DNA from: Deltaproteobacteria bacterium
GTDB lineage: Bacteria > Myxococcota > JACRCW01
NCBI GenBank assembly: GCA_016218805.1
Contig: JACRCW010000018.1
Coordinates: 1-45,467 of the forward strand
Length of the DNA stretch: 45,467 bases
Direction of reading: 5' to 3'
Part shown: positions 10,086 to 19,984 of the stretch, piece by piece
Layout of the letters: the number at the start of each line of letters is the position of its first letter
Numbering within the stretch: position 1 is the stretch's first letter
The notes under the pieces: generated by a model
What the model was told of the DNA's origin: nothing
Seen by the model: the letters and a program-made list of their open reading frames with translations, nothing else
Databases searched by the model: none
Program-made: the position numbers and the translations under genes

Positions 10086-11362
10086 GACCTGCCTCCGGCT
10101 GGGGGTGGAAGGGTTGCAACGGATTCGTGGCGCACCAGGTCTTCATAGGACTCGCGGGTGCGGATGACGTGCAGGGTGCCGCCGTCCACCAGCACCTCCG
10201 CGGCGCGCGGCCGGCTGTTGTATTGGGACGACATGGACGCCCCGTAGGCGCCCTCGCCCATGACGCAGAACAGGTCCCCGGGATGCATCAGGGGCAGCGT
10301 CCGGTCGCGCGCCTGGAAATCCGCGCTTTCGCACACCGGTCCCACCACGTCCACGGTGGCCTGCGCCGCGCCCGGCGCCGGCTCCGCCACCGGCACCACG
10401 CCGTGGTGCGCGCCATACAGCGCCGGCCGGATGGAGTCGTTCATGCCCACGTCGGTGACCAGGAACGTCCGCGCTTCCGCTTGCTTGACGTACAGCACGC
10501 GGCCCAGCAGCACGCCCGCGTTGCCAGCAATCACCCGCCCCGGCTCCACCACCACGTGCAGCCCTGAATCCCCCACTGCGTCCAGGATGGCGCGCGCGTA
10601 GTCCGCCGGAGAGGGGGGCACTTCGTCACGGTAGGCAATGCCCAGCCCGCCGCCGAAGTCCACCTCCGTCACCGGATGTCCCGCGCTGCGCAGCGCGCGC
10701 GCCAGCGCCACCAGGCGCGCCGCCGCCTCCGCAATGGGCCCCAGCTGCGTGATCTGGCTGCCAATGTGTGAGGCCACGCCGTGGATGCGCAGCCCGGGCA
10801 ACCGCGCCATCCGGTCATACAGTGCAGCGGCGCGGGCCAGTGGCACGCCAAACTTGTTGGTCCGCAGCCCGGTGGAAATGTACGGGTGGGTGGCCGGGTC
10901 AATGTCCGGGTTCACCCGCAGCGACACCGGCGCGCGCGTCCCCATCCCGCGGGCCAGCGCGTCCAGGATCTCCAGTTCGCCTTCGCTCTCCACGTGGAAG
11001 GAGCGGATGCCCGCGCGCAGCGCCTCGGTCAGCTCGCGCTCCGTCTTGCCCACGCCGGAGTACACCACGCGGTCCGCGGGGATGCCCGCGCGCAGCGCGC
11101 GGAACAGCTCGCCGCCGGAGACCACGTCCGCGCCCGCGCCCAGCGCGCCCAGCAGCGCCAGCACGCCCAGGGACGGGTTGGCCTTCACGGCAAAGCAGAC
11201 GGTGTGCGGGTGCTGTCCAAACGCCTCATCCATGACGCGGAAGTGCCGCTCCAGCGTGGCGCGCGAATACACCCACGTGGGAGTGCCCACGCGCGCGGCC
11301 ACGTCGGTCAGGGGCACGTCCTCGGCATGCAGGGTGCCGTGGCGGTGGTGGAAGTGGTGCAC
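10082..11362 (-). CDS. lysA: Diaminopimelate decarboxylase
   Basis: FAVKAN (PLP Lys), DVVSGGEL, HIGSQI, EPGR, CESAD, YNSRPR. Confidence 0.97.
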   Translation of the reverse strand: MHHFHHRHGTLHAEDVPLTDVAARVGTPTWVYSRATLERHFRVMDEAFGQHPHTVCFAVKANPSLGVLALLGALGAGADVVSGGELFRALRAGIPADRVVYSGVGKTERELTEALRAGIRSFHVESEGELEILDALARGMGTRAPVSLRVNPDIDPATHPYISTGLRTNKFGVPLARAAALYDRMARLPGLRIHGVASHIGSQITQLGPIAEAAARLVALARALRSAGHPVTEVDFGGGLGIAYRDEVPPSPADYARAILDAVGDSGLHVVVEPGRVIAGNAGVLLGRVLYVKQAEARTFLVTDVGMNDSIRPALYGAHHGVVPVAEPAPGAAQATVDVVGPVCESADFQARDRTLPLMHPGDLFCVMGEGAYGASMSSQYNSRPRAAEVLVDGGTLHVIRTRESYEDLVRHESVATLPPPAGGRS

Positions 11363-11425
11363 GCGGACGGGCCTCCCCGGGGGGGCGCCTTGGTGCCACG
11401 GGGGATGCCGCGCTTCAAGCCGGGC

Positions 11426-12301
11426 TCAGGCGGACCACGGCGGTGCGGGCACGCCCTCAGGCCGGGGCACTCCCACGATGACCAGCTTGGCGTCATTGGC
11501 CGCGCGCACCGTCTTGTCCCGGTCCACCATGATGGTGCGCTGGGCCTCCACGGCCAGCACGCGCACCTTGTGGCGCACGCACGTCTCCACGGTCTGCGGG
11601 CCCACGGCGGGCAGGTCCAAGCGGAGGTCCTGGTGCGGCTTGACCACCTTGCACACCACCACGCCGCCCTTGCCGCCGGCGCCGCCGTGCCGCCCCAGCG
11701 CGGCCCCGCGTTCAATGGCGCGGTCCGTCCCCTCCACCGCCTCCACCGCCAGCACCACGCCGCGCCGGACCACCACCGTCTGCCCCACGTCCAGGCCGCC
11801 GGTGGTGCGCGCCACCTGCATGCCGTAGCGGATGTCGTCCGCCTCGTCGGGCGTGGGGCGGCGGGAGGTCATCACGCCTTCGCGCGCCATGTGTGCGGGC
11901 ACAAACGGGGGCACCGCCAGCACGGGCACGCCCGCCTCCTCAAACACGCGCGCCACTTCGCGAAGCGCCCGGTCATCCTGGAGTTGCCGGCCCAGGCGGG
12001 CCACAATTCCCAGCAGTGTCAAGTCCGGCCGGAAGCCGCCAAACACGCTGGCCTTGGCAAAGTGCCCCGCCATCACGCACCCGGTGGCCTTCTCCCGGCG
12101 GAACACGTCCAGCACGCCGCCCAACTGGCCCAGCGCCAGTTCCGAATACGCGTCCGACACGCCGCGCAGCTCAGGGACCACCGGCCCCATGGCGGCGGTG
12201 ACCACGCGCCAGCCCGCGGCGCGGGCGCCCTCCGCCACCAGGCGCGGGAGGTCGCCGTTGCCGGCCAAAAGGCCCAGCACGCCCTGGGTTCCCCGTTCCA
12301 T
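11426..12301 (-). CDS. lpxI: UDP-2,3-diacylglucosamine diphosphatase LpxI family
   Basis: LGLLAGNGDLP, DVGQTVVV, AVEAVEGTD, KPHQDLRLDLPAVG; GAGG RBS before ATG 12301. Confidence 0.92.
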   Translation of the reverse strand: MERGTQGVLGLLAGNGDLPRLVAEGARAAGWRVVTAAMGPVVPELRGVSDAYSELALGQLGGVLDVFRREKATGCVMAGHFAKASVFGGFRPDLTLLGIVARLGRQLQDDRALREVARVFEEAGVPVLAVPPFVPAHMAREGVMTSRRPTPDEADDIRYGMQVARTTGGLDVGQTVVVRRGVVLAVEAVEGTDRAIERGAALGRHGGAGGKGGVVVCKVVKPHQDLRLDLPAVGPQTVETCVRHKVRVLAVEAQRTIMVDRDKTVRAANDAKLVIVGVPRPEGVPAPPWSA

Positions 12302-12317
12302 GCTGCCTCGCGGGCGG

Positions 12318-13451
12318 CTAGCCCTCTTCTCCGCGTCGTGGCGGGCCCAGCAGCGGTTCCGCGCCGGGCGTGCCGCCCATGTCCTCAATCAGGCCGGCCA
12401 CAATCTTCCGCTGCCGGGCCGTCCGCTCCGCCGGGTTGCGCCCCAGCTTCTTCAGTTCCAGCCGCGCACCGGCCATGCTTCCGTGCCCGCCGGAGCTGCC
12501 CGCATCCAGCGGGTCCAGCCGCTCGCGCAGGATGTTGACGGAGCGCATCCGCTTGTCGCTGACGCGAACCGACAGGTACAGGCTGCCGTCATGGAGGCCG
12601 GTGGCCAGCGCCCACTTGGTGCCATCAATGGTCATCAGCCGGTCGGCCATCTCTGGGACCAGTTCCGGCACGTAGACCCTGCCCAGTTCCACCACGGTCA
12701 CGTTGCCGTGCAGTTCCACGCGGCGCAGCGCCTTGGCCAGCACCTGGAAGTACTCGCGGGGGAGCTGGGGGTGCTCAATGGCGCTGACCGCCGGCATGTC
12801 CGTGAGCGGGATGAGCCACTGGTAGGCCTCCACGTCCCAGCGGCCCACCTCACGGCCCAGGTCACGCGTGTCACTCTTGATGCCGTAGAACAGGGCGGTG
12901 GCCACCGCCGGCCGCGGCGTCACCCCGGCCGCGCGCAGGTAGTTGGTGAGCAGGGTGCTGGTGGCGCCGGCGTCGCCGCCCACGTCGTGGTAGGCGGCCT
13001 GGTCGGACTCGGGGCGGGCCGGGTGGTGGTCAATGCAGATGACCGGCAGGTCCACCTCCGGCAGGCTGTGGTTGCCAATCTCCGGCTGCGTGTCCACCAG
13101 CCCCACCACGTCAAACTCCTCCGGCTTGACGCGGTGGACGGGCATCACGGGGATCTTCAGCAGCCGCACCATGGCGCGGTTTTCTGCCCGGCCGATAAGG
13201 CCGCCGTAGGCCACGGTGCATTCCAGCCCGGCGCGGTCTTCCAGCAGCTGCCCCAGCGCCCACGCGCTGGCCAGGCTGTCCGGGTCCGGGTTGTCATGGG
13301 TGAGCAGCAGCGCGCGCTTCTTGCCTTTGGCCAAGTGCAGCAGCTGGGCCACCCGCGCGCGAAAGTCATCCAGCCACGGCGCATCAGGCGTTACCGGTCC
13401 GGCCGGGGAGGACACCCCGGCGGCACCACCAGCGTTCGGGGGCTCTTCCAT
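12318..13451 (-). CDS. DHH family phosphoesterase (NrnA-like)
   Basis: [31 protein letters not shown] motifs. Confidence 0.92.
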   Translation of the reverse strand: MEEPPNAGGAAGVSSPAGPVTPDAPWLDDFRARVAQLLHLAKGKKRALLLTHDNPDPDSLASAWALGQLLEDRAGLECTVAYGGLIGRAENRAMVRLLKIPVMPVHRVKPEEFDVVGLVDTQPEIGNHSLPEVDLPVICIDHHPARPESDQAAYHDVGGDAGATSTLLTNYLRAAGVTPRPAVATALFYGIKSDTRDLGREVGRWDVEAYQWLIPLTDMPAVSAIEHPQLPREYFQVLAKALRRVELHGNVTVVELGRVYVPELVPEMADRLMTIDGTKWALATGLHDGSLYLSVRVSDKRMRSVNILRERLDPLDAGSSGGHGSMAGARLELKKLGRNPAERTARQRKIVAGLIEDMGGTPGAEPLLGPPRRGEEG

Positions 13452-13581
13452 GGCGGCGGGACCCTACCACAAGCCGCCAGGGTGCAACGGACAGGGGATC
13501 CGTGTGCCGGGGCAACCCCACGTTTCCCATCGGAATCACGGTGGATCGGTCCCGGCGACGGCAGAACCGGCCATTTTCCGC

Positions 13582-13610
13582 TTGCAGTTTGCCTTCCGGC
13601 TCACCATAAC
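13582..13610 (+). promoter_or_regulatory. Putative sigma70-type promoter of the cold-shock gene
   Basis: TTGCAG (13582) - 17 bp - CATAAC (13605); implies a 5' UTR of about 135 nt, as is typical of csp genes. Confidence 0.45.
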
Positions 13611-13752
13611 GGGCCCGCCCGTTACGGCTTGGGCCGAGGTGAAGGCCGAGGCTGCCAATTCTTGGGGGCGCGCCCCGGCCATGTCGGTCGGTGCGGTTGG
13701 CCGGTGCCCTCTCCGCGGTGGGAGGGACCGTGGAATAGAAAGACCACAGCAA

Positions 13753-13959
13753 ATGCCAGTCGGAACTGTGAAGTGGTTCAATGACGCCAAGGGGTTCGGT
13801 TTCATCGCTCGCGAGGGTGGTCCGGACGTGTTCGTTCACTTCAGCGCGATCAACATGGACGGGTTCAAGACCCTCCAGGAAGGCGCGATGGTGGAGTTCG
13901 ACGTGGTTCCGGGCAAGAAGGGGGAGCAGGCCCAGAACGTGCGCGCTCACAAGGGCTGA
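13753..13959 (+). CDS. cspA: Cold-shock protein (CspA family)
   Basis: [15 protein letters not shown] (RNP1), DVFVHFSAI (RNP2); 68 aa. The exact paralogue name cannot be determined. Confidence 0.96.
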   Translation: MPVGTVKWFNDAKGFGFIAREGGPDVFVHFSAINMDGFKTLQEGAMVEFDVVPGKKGEQAQNVRAHKG

Positions 13960-14032
13960 CACCGCACGCAGTCACCTTGCAAGAGGGGTAGTCCCAGGGC
14001 CCTCGCTCCCGCTTCCCGGGCGAGGGCCTTGG
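13929..14032 (+). repeat. Direct repeat copy 1: csp last 9 codons, stop and terminator
   Basis: Matches 16893-16994 with one substitution and two single-base indels. Confidence 0.95.
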
Positions 14033-14039
14033 TGTTTCT
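13998..14039 (+). terminator. Hairpin terminator of csp, possibly bidirectional
   Basis: GGCCCTCGC/GCGAGGGCC stem followed by TTGGTGTTTCT; the convergent gene stops at 14044. Confidence 0.7.
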
Positions 14040-14043
14040 GGGG

Positions 14044-15867
14044 CTACATCCTCATCTCGGCCTGGTTGGTCCCGTTGGCAACGTGCCTGGCCAGTTCCTC
14101 CATGAGCACGCGCAGCTTCCCTTTGCGGACGCGCAGCAAGCGTGCGGCGCCGCTCCGACATGCGTCCTGGATCTTGGCGTCCACGTCATGGCCGATGAAC
14201 GACGTCACCAACAGGACAACCGCCACCCTGCCTACCCTGATGGACGCCACCACGCCGTCCAGCAGGCGCGACTTGTTCTCGCAAACGTCAACCAGCATGC
14301 CCGTCCGGGCGTGAAGCTCGCTGGCCAGTTCCTGCTCCGGCCGGTTGGTGACCAACACGCAGCGCTTGCCTGACATGGCGGCGCGAACTGCCGCCTCTTC
14401 GGGCAGGGGAGCGCCGTCGTCCACTTCAAGGGTGGCGATCTCGTCCTCAGGGAATTCCGCCTGCTCCTCTGCGGGTGGTGTGGCGGCAGGGGCAGCAGAG
14501 AAGGGCTCCCGGAGTTTGCGCAGGCGGCGGCGTTCGCCGCGTTCTTGGAGCCGGTCCTCACAGATGGCCTGGAGCGCCTGCAGGTGGCGGGGGACCAGGG
14601 GCCGCAGCTCCTCATTGGTGAACACCGGGAAAGCCTCTGCCAGCCACGCGGCAACGCCGTGGGGGTCGTCCGTTGGTAGGGACTGGATGCGGTTTGCCAG
14701 GTCCTTGCGCTTCCTCCCCCGGGCGCGCGCATCAGGGTCAATCCCAAGGGCAAGGGCAAACCCCCTGGGCGGAACCAGCGCGGGGTCGGTCCACTTGAGC
14801 GCCCGCTTGAGCCAGTGCGCGTTTGGGTTCTTGTGGAGTGCCTCACGGAGCTTCCCCCACGCGTCCGCCCACTCCAGCGGGTCATCAACCTGCGTCCGAA
14901 TCCACCGCAGGGTGAGTGCCGCCCGCTCGTACTTGGGTGCGGAGGCCTCCACCGCCTTCAGCGTGTTCAGCTCCCTGATGACAGCGGCAAGGCGGCTGTT
15001 TGCGTTGTCCACGTTAGGGCGCGCGCCTTCCGACTTCCGGTAGCCGGAGGGCTCCAGCCCGCGCTGGGCAAACTGGGCCTCAAGGCGTTCGCGAACCTGA
15101 ACCGCGAGACGTTCTGCATGCGCCCAGTCGCTGGGGCGCTCCACATCTCCCAGCCCCAGCTCCACGAGTTGCTCGCGCGCTTCGCCCAGGCCGCCGTGTC
15201 GCTGAAGGACGGGCATGGTCCCAGGCCACCAGCGTGCGGAGACCCGGCCGATGATCTTCCGGACCAGGTTGAGCGCATGGGGGGGCGTTGACCCGGCGCG
15301 CGCCTCCAGGTCGCGGGAGGCGGCAATCCACTCCACAAGGACAACCCGCTGCATCTCGGCAGAACAGAGCGCCAGCTCCGCTTGCATGCGCTTGATGCGC
15401 TCCAGGAACTCCGCAGCCTCCTGCTCCACATGCCGCCGCTCCGTGGTGGCCTGCAACAGCACCCTTGTCGCCGGCGGCGGGGCCTCCACCAACGCGGGAC
15501 CGGGTGGTTCATCACTCTGGCACGGAAGGTCCTCCGCCAGGGCTTTGACGTCTGGCGGCGGGGACGCCATGGGCGGCGCAAGCGGCTCGGGTTCCTCCAC
15601 GGACTGTGGTGGTGACACCGGTTCCGGCGGCGGCTTGGATGTACGCAGCTCCACCGCACCCAGGAGGACCCGCGCCGCATGGGATGGGAACATGCCCTGC
15701 AGCGCATGGGTGAGGGCTGCGTCCTCCGTGGGGCCGCGGCCCCACCACTGCTCCTGCGCATGGGAGACAAGCACCTCAGTCCACGTGCCAGCACGGAAGT
15801 GCAGCGTGTAGCCCAGGCTTTCCAGCCAGCTGGCGGTGACGGTCCGTTCGGCAATGATGTTGGTCAT
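14044..15867 (-). CDS. Hypothetical protein with C-terminal DUF2325-like alpha/beta domain
   Basis: GAGGAG RBS; C-terminal CVLVTNR...VAVVLLVTSFIGHDVDAKIQDACRSG resembles DUF2325; Pro-rich linker after a short N-terminal domain. Confidence 0.65.
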   Translation of the reverse strand: MTNIIAERTVTASWLESLGYTLHFRAGTWTEVLVSHAQEQWWGRGPTEDAALTHALQGMFPSHAARVLLGAVELRTSKPPPEPVSPPQSVEEPEPLAPPMASPPPDVKALAEDLPCQSDEPPGPALVEAPPPATRVLLQATTERRHVEQEAAEFLERIKRMQAELALCSAEMQRVVLVEWIAASRDLEARAGSTPPHALNLVRKIIGRVSARWWPGTMPVLQRHGGLGEAREQLVELGLGDVERPSDWAHAERLAVQVRERLEAQFAQRGLEPSGYRKSEGARPNVDNANSRLAAVIRELNTLKAVEASAPKYERAALTLRWIRTQVDDPLEWADAWGKLREALHKNPNAHWLKRALKWTDPALVPPRGFALALGIDPDARARGRKRKDLANRIQSLPTDDPHGVAAWLAEAFPVFTNEELRPLVPRHLQALQAICEDRLQERGERRRLRKLREPFSAAPAATPPAEEQAEFPEDEIATLEVDDGAPLPEEAAVRAAMSGKRCVLVTNRPEQELASELHARTGMLVDVCENKSRLLDGVVASIRVGRVAVVLLVTSFIGHDVDAKIQDACRSGAARLLRVRKGKLRVLMEELARHVANGTNQAEMRM

Positions 15868-16141
15868 GACTCCTCGCTGATACTGCCGGTTGTCGCAGTT
15901 GGCGACCTGTTTTGTCCCCGTTTGGTCGTTGTGGAAGATGATGATGCGCCGATTCTGCCCCCAGGCACGGATACCGAAGGCCTGGCGGTGCCCGCGGGCA
16001 CATTGGCAAGCGTGGTACCTCCGGCGGGTGGTGTACGCTCACGGATCTGCCGCGCACCGCCGCGGCGGTCGCTTCCCGGAACTCCCGCTTTGCGGGTTGC
16101 GCGAAGCCAGATGCGAACGCAAGGAGTGGGGAGGACGCACC

Positions 16142-16891
16142 ATGCGCAGTCTTCGTTCTGTTGTGGCGGTAGTGGCGTTGGCGGTGTCCTGCAGCAACGG
16201 GCCTGCACCCCTGGGAGGCGCGCCACAAGGCGAGGGGCTTGAGGCCCCTGTGTTGTGGTTCACGGTCCCCGCGCTGCTGGAATGGTGGGGGGAGGATCTG
16301 TCCGGCATGGCGGTGGTCAGAGTGCTTTCCGTTGAAGTGGAGGAGTTGAAGGAGCGCAATGTCCGTGTACCTGGGATCTATGCGCTGGTTGAGGTTGAGC
16401 AGCGGCTGACTCCGTCGCTTGGACCTGAATTCGCGGAGGGGGGGCGGTTTACGCTCACCGCCAGGTTTGGTGTCTGCGCCGGCCTGGGCCGTCAACCCCG
16501 GGTGGGGGACACAATCCTGGTCTTCCTCCGCACCCACACCGCCTACGGTGTTGATGGCCAATACGAGGGCACGCTGGGCGCGAGCGCTTTGTCCTGTCTG
16601 GATGACGAGGGATTCTTCCGCATTGAAGAGCGGCGCACCAGCGGAACTTCCATCGTCGAGAAGGTGGCCTTCCGCCGCGGCAACGAACAGCAGATTGCAC
16701 AGGCGTTTGACCAAATCAGGTCCGGCGCGCGGCGGGTTGGGCATGTGCGCGCGGACTGTGCACAAGCGCATTGCGGCAGCGAGGAGTGCATCACCGGCGT
16801 CGCTTGCGGCCGAGTTTCCATTGACGTGCCCATTCCAGCCGACCAGTGGGCGGTGAACGGCAGGCCCGCCGAACCGGGTGCAGCTCCGTGA
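16142..16891 (+). CDS. Putative lipoprotein
   Basis: GGAGG RBS; MRSLRSVVAVVALAVSC lipobox-like signal; stop abuts repeat copy 2. Confidence 0.7.
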   Translation: MRSLRSVVAVVALAVSCSNGPAPLGGAPQGEGLEAPVLWFTVPALLEWWGEDLSGMAVVRVLSVEVEELKERNVRVPGIYALVEVEQRLTPSLGPEFAEGGRFTLTARFGVCAGLGRQPRVGDTILVFLRTHTAYGVDGQYEGTLGASALSCLDDEGFFRIEERRTSGTSIVEKVAFRRGNEQQIAQAFDQIRSGARRVGHVRADCAQAHCGSEECITGVACGRVSIDVPIPADQWAVNGRPAEPGAAP

Positions 16892-16892
16892 G

Positions 16893-16994
16893 GGCCCAGA
16901 ACGTGCGCGCTCACAAGGGCTGACACCGCACGCAGTCACCTTGCAGGAGGGGTAGTCCCAGGGCCCTCGCTCCGCTTCCCGGCGAGGGCCTTGG
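16893..16994 (+). repeat. Direct repeat copy 2 of csp 3' end and terminator (att-like)
   Basis: Encodes AQNVRAHKG* and keeps the GGCCCTCGC/GCGAGGGCC hairpin (16962-16990). Confidence 0.95.
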
Positions 16995-17080
16995 GTCTCT
17001 ACAGGCGCATCATCCTCCGACCGTTTGACGCCCGGAACCCCAACCTGCCAAGGGCCGCCCACCCTGTCATGGAGATTGAC

Positions 17081-18928
17081 ATGCGAACCCGTCCCGTAGT
17101 CCTGCTGCCCTGCCTGTTGATTGCCTGCTCCCCAACCACACCGGATACCGGGTCCTCCAGTTCGGGGGGCAACCCGGCGGCGTCTGCGGGCACATCCGCC
17201 GCTACCGGCGGGTCAGCTTCCGCATCCGGCGCTTCCTCCGTCGCTTCCGCTTCTTCGTTCGCGGCGGGGTCATCCAGCGCCGGAACCTCCGCAGGCTCGG
17301 CCGTGTTGCCCGGTTCCGGCGCGGCGTCCGGTTCCGGCTTGGGCTCGTCGTCGGACACCGCTTCCAGCGCGTCCGCGTTGGGTTCCTCCTCGGGCTCCTC
17401 CTCTGCGTCCTCCGGCGGCGTCACGGTGCAGGGCGCCGTGAGGACCAAGCTGTGTGACCGCCTCCCCGGGGCGCGCGTGGAAGTCCTGGACCGCCCTGAC
17501 CTTGCGGTCACCGCAGACGTGGACGGCGCCTTTGTCCTCGCTGGCGCTCCCGGAGTCGTCAGCGTCCTCGCGGCGGCGGACGGCTACCAGCCCACCGCCA
17601 CGCTGCTGGGGGACGCCGCGCTGCCGCGGGAGGTGCACGTGGTGCCGGCAACGCTGGCCGCCACCACGCATGTCCTGGCGGGCGTCCCGGCGGACAGCAC
17701 CACCGGTGATGTCCTCCTCGTCATCCTTGGGGAAGGCGGCGTGCCACTGACCGGCGCCCAGGTCTCCCTGCTGGACAGCCAGGGAGCGGCCGTTGCGGCC
17801 ACCCAACGGCGCTACTTCCGGATGCTGGGTGACCTGCCCACGCCCAGTTCGCTGATAACCGCCACCGAAGAAGGCCTGGGCGCCGTGGTGTTCCTCAGTG
17901 TGCCCCCAGGTGACTACAGCGTGCGCGTGGAGGGCACCACCTATTCGTTTGAAACGCGGGTGGCACCCGTTCGGGCTGGCGTCGTGACAGCAGACTTCGT
18001 CCAGGGGGTGGGAACCGGAGGCGTTGCGGCCGTTGCAGTGCGGGGAACCGTGATGCTGGCGGGCGCGCCGGTGGCGGGCGCGGACGTGGAGGTCACGCTG
18101 GTGGACGCCAACACCTCCGCTCACACCACCACCTCCGCCACCGGAGCCTTCAGCGTCCCAATGCAGGGCTACCGCCAGCGCTTGGACGTGACCGTGCGGG
18201 CCAGTGGCATGACTCCCATGCGCACCCGCATTGCCTGCCTGGCGGCCACGGACGACAACGTCTTCAACATCCATGGACTGTCCGTCAATGAAGGCGTGGA
18301 CGTCCGGTTGCGGGCCGCGGGAAACACTCCGCTGCTGGCAGACCACGCCCTGGTGCTGGCCGCCGTGTTTGAAACGGACCTTTCCGGAACCCAACCCGTG
18401 GTGGGCGCGCGCGTGTTTCTCGGTGACTCCACGCTGGAACCCTTCTACGGCGCACCCGCCGGCACGCAGACCTGCGGCCGCGGTGCATGCACGGCAGGCA
18501 GTTGCAGCGCGGGACAACGGTGCCAGGACGGCAACTGCGTGCTGGACCTGCCAGGCATGTGCGGCGCCTGCCCCGCCGGGAACCTGTGCGGCTCCGGCCT
18601 GACCGCGCGCGTCTTTCCCGCCAGCGGTTCCCCGGCCTGCTACTGCCTGCCGCTGGTTGCGGACTGCCTGGGAGCCACCGCAGCTTGCCCCGCGGGCGCG
18701 TACTGCGCGCGTGACAGCGCCGCCCAGACCCAGTTCTGCGCACCGCGTGGAGATGAAAGCCCGGGGACCATGCTGGCGTCCGCAGACGTGGCCCTGCTGG
18801 CGGGCTACGCCAACGTCCCCGCCGGCGAACAGCGCTTCCGCGCCACCCTGGACCCACGCTCCGGGAGCGCAAGTGCCCGCGTGGAACCGGGTGTCATCAG
18901 CGTGGTGGTGATGGACCTGTTCCCGTAG
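17081..18928 (+). CDS. Lipoprotein with Ser/Ala-rich linker, carboxypeptidase-regulatory-like beta domains and Cys-rich region
   Basis: GGAG RBS; LLIAC lipobox; repeated GxV..P(L/V)xGAxVxL patterns; Cys cluster near the C-terminus. Confidence 0.8.
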   Translation: MRTRPVVLLPCLLIACSPTTPDTGSSSSGGNPAASAGTSAATGGSASASGASSVASASSFAAGSSSAGTSAGSAVLPGSGAASGSGLGSSSDTASSASALGSSSGSSSASSGGVTVQGAVRTKLCDRLPGARVEVLDRPDLAVTADVDGAFVLAGAPGVVSVLAAADGYQPTATLLGDAALPREVHVVPATLAATTHVLAGVPADSTTGDVLLVILGEGGVPLTGAQVSLLDSQGAAVAATQRRYFRMLGDLPTPSSLITATEEGLGAVVFLSVPPGDYSVRVEGTTYSFETRVAPVRAGVVTADFVQGVGTGGVAAVAVRGTVMLAGAPVAGADVEVTLVDANTSAHTTTSATGAFSVPMQGYRQRLDVTVRASGMTPMRTRIACLAATDDNVFNIHGLSVNEGVDVRLRAAGNTPLLADHALVLAAVFETDLSGTQPVVGARVFLGDSTLEPFYGAPAGTQTCGRGACTAGSCSAGQRCQDGNCVLDLPGMCGACPAGNLCGSGLTARVFPASGSPACYCLPLVADCLGATAACPAGAYCARDSAAQTQFCAPRGDESPGTMLASADVALLAGYANVPAGEQRFRATLDPRSGSASARVEPGVISVVVMDLFP

Positions 18929-19170
18929 CGCGCTCCGCAATGAGCGCTTCGTGGTCCATTGGATCACGTTCATCATGGGCAGCGGGATGGTAGCGGTACC
19001 GCGGCGCGCGCGGTGGCCCATGGACACGCTCTGCGGAGACTCAGCGTCGCCGTGTGCGGCAGGGCACGGAGGCAGACAGGGATGTCGTGGTGGAGGGTGG
19101 GAAACTCGCGCGCGCGGCGCAGTGACTCACTTGGGGTGGCGCCCTGGGCTGCTGTCAAGGGCAGGCGCCC

Positions 19171-19890
19171 CGCAGGCGCCACCAAGCGGAGAAGACCACG
19201 CTGCATGAACTGGCGCAGGCGCATTTCGGTTCATTCCTGCGGGAGGTGGAGGAGGAGACGGGGAAGAAGCTGCCGGCGTTCGTCGTCAACGCGTGGCGGA
19301 GCTACCTGGACTGCGGCCTGGGTGGTGCGGAATTCCGGAGATTGGTTTGTGAGAAATGCCTGGATGAGACGATTGTCTGCTTTTCGTGCAAAACACGGCA
19401 ATTGTGTCCAAGTTGTGCCGCGAGACACATGGCGAATGGACCCGCCAAGCTCGTCGACACGGTGATCCCGCGGGTACCCATGTGGCAAAACGTGCTTTCC
19501 CTGCTGTTCGGGACGTGGGGGCGTGCTGGGTTGCGCCCGAAGCCGATGAACTCAGTGCAGAGGGAGTTTGTGGCTGCGTGCAGGCGTGGAGCGCGGCACG
19601 CGCGCGGGAGTACGGATTCGTCGGCGGGCGAACGGGCGGCGTGCTGGTGAATCTGCTCGGCCAGATCGGCATGGGAGCAGGGGTACGCATCCTTCACAAA
19701 AAGCCGTGGAGCGTGCCGAGGACGGCCACGCTCAGCGCTGTCACCGGCGGAATCTTCTCGGCCCCAGACGCCGTCCAAACCAGCATGACAAGAGTTGTCG
19801 CGATCATGGTTGTCCCCTATTTGACTCGGCAGACTTGCAGCACGGCATGGGCGAAGTCATCCGACGTCTTTTGTCGCCAGCGTCAACGAC
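19171..19890 (+). pseudogene. IS91-family (Y2/HUH rolling-circle) transposase remnant
   Basis: Zinc-binding domain YLDCG..CEKC..FSCKTRQLCPSC, LVDTVIPRVPMWQNVLSL; later fragments GRTGGV and AVTGGIFS lie in shifted frames; no clear start. Confidence 0.85.
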
Positions 19891-19984
19891 GTAGAGCAAG
19901 GCTGTCCACTGGCGCACGCCCATGCCGTTTCTGCAAGTCACGGCTGTCGGTTGTCGGTTGGGTGTGATCGTTCATGGTTGTGAC

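Noticed and set aside
8408..11362. Absence of dapF from the lysA-dapA-dapB cluster as a novel pathway
   Set aside because: dapF can lie elsewhere in the genome; this cannot be assessed from one window.
8316..13784. Long plus-strand ORFs (8316-10148, 10781-12538, 11832-13784)
   Set aside because: Antisense shadows of dapB, dapA, lysA, lpxI and the DHH gene, as expected in high-GC DNA; no recognisable motifs.
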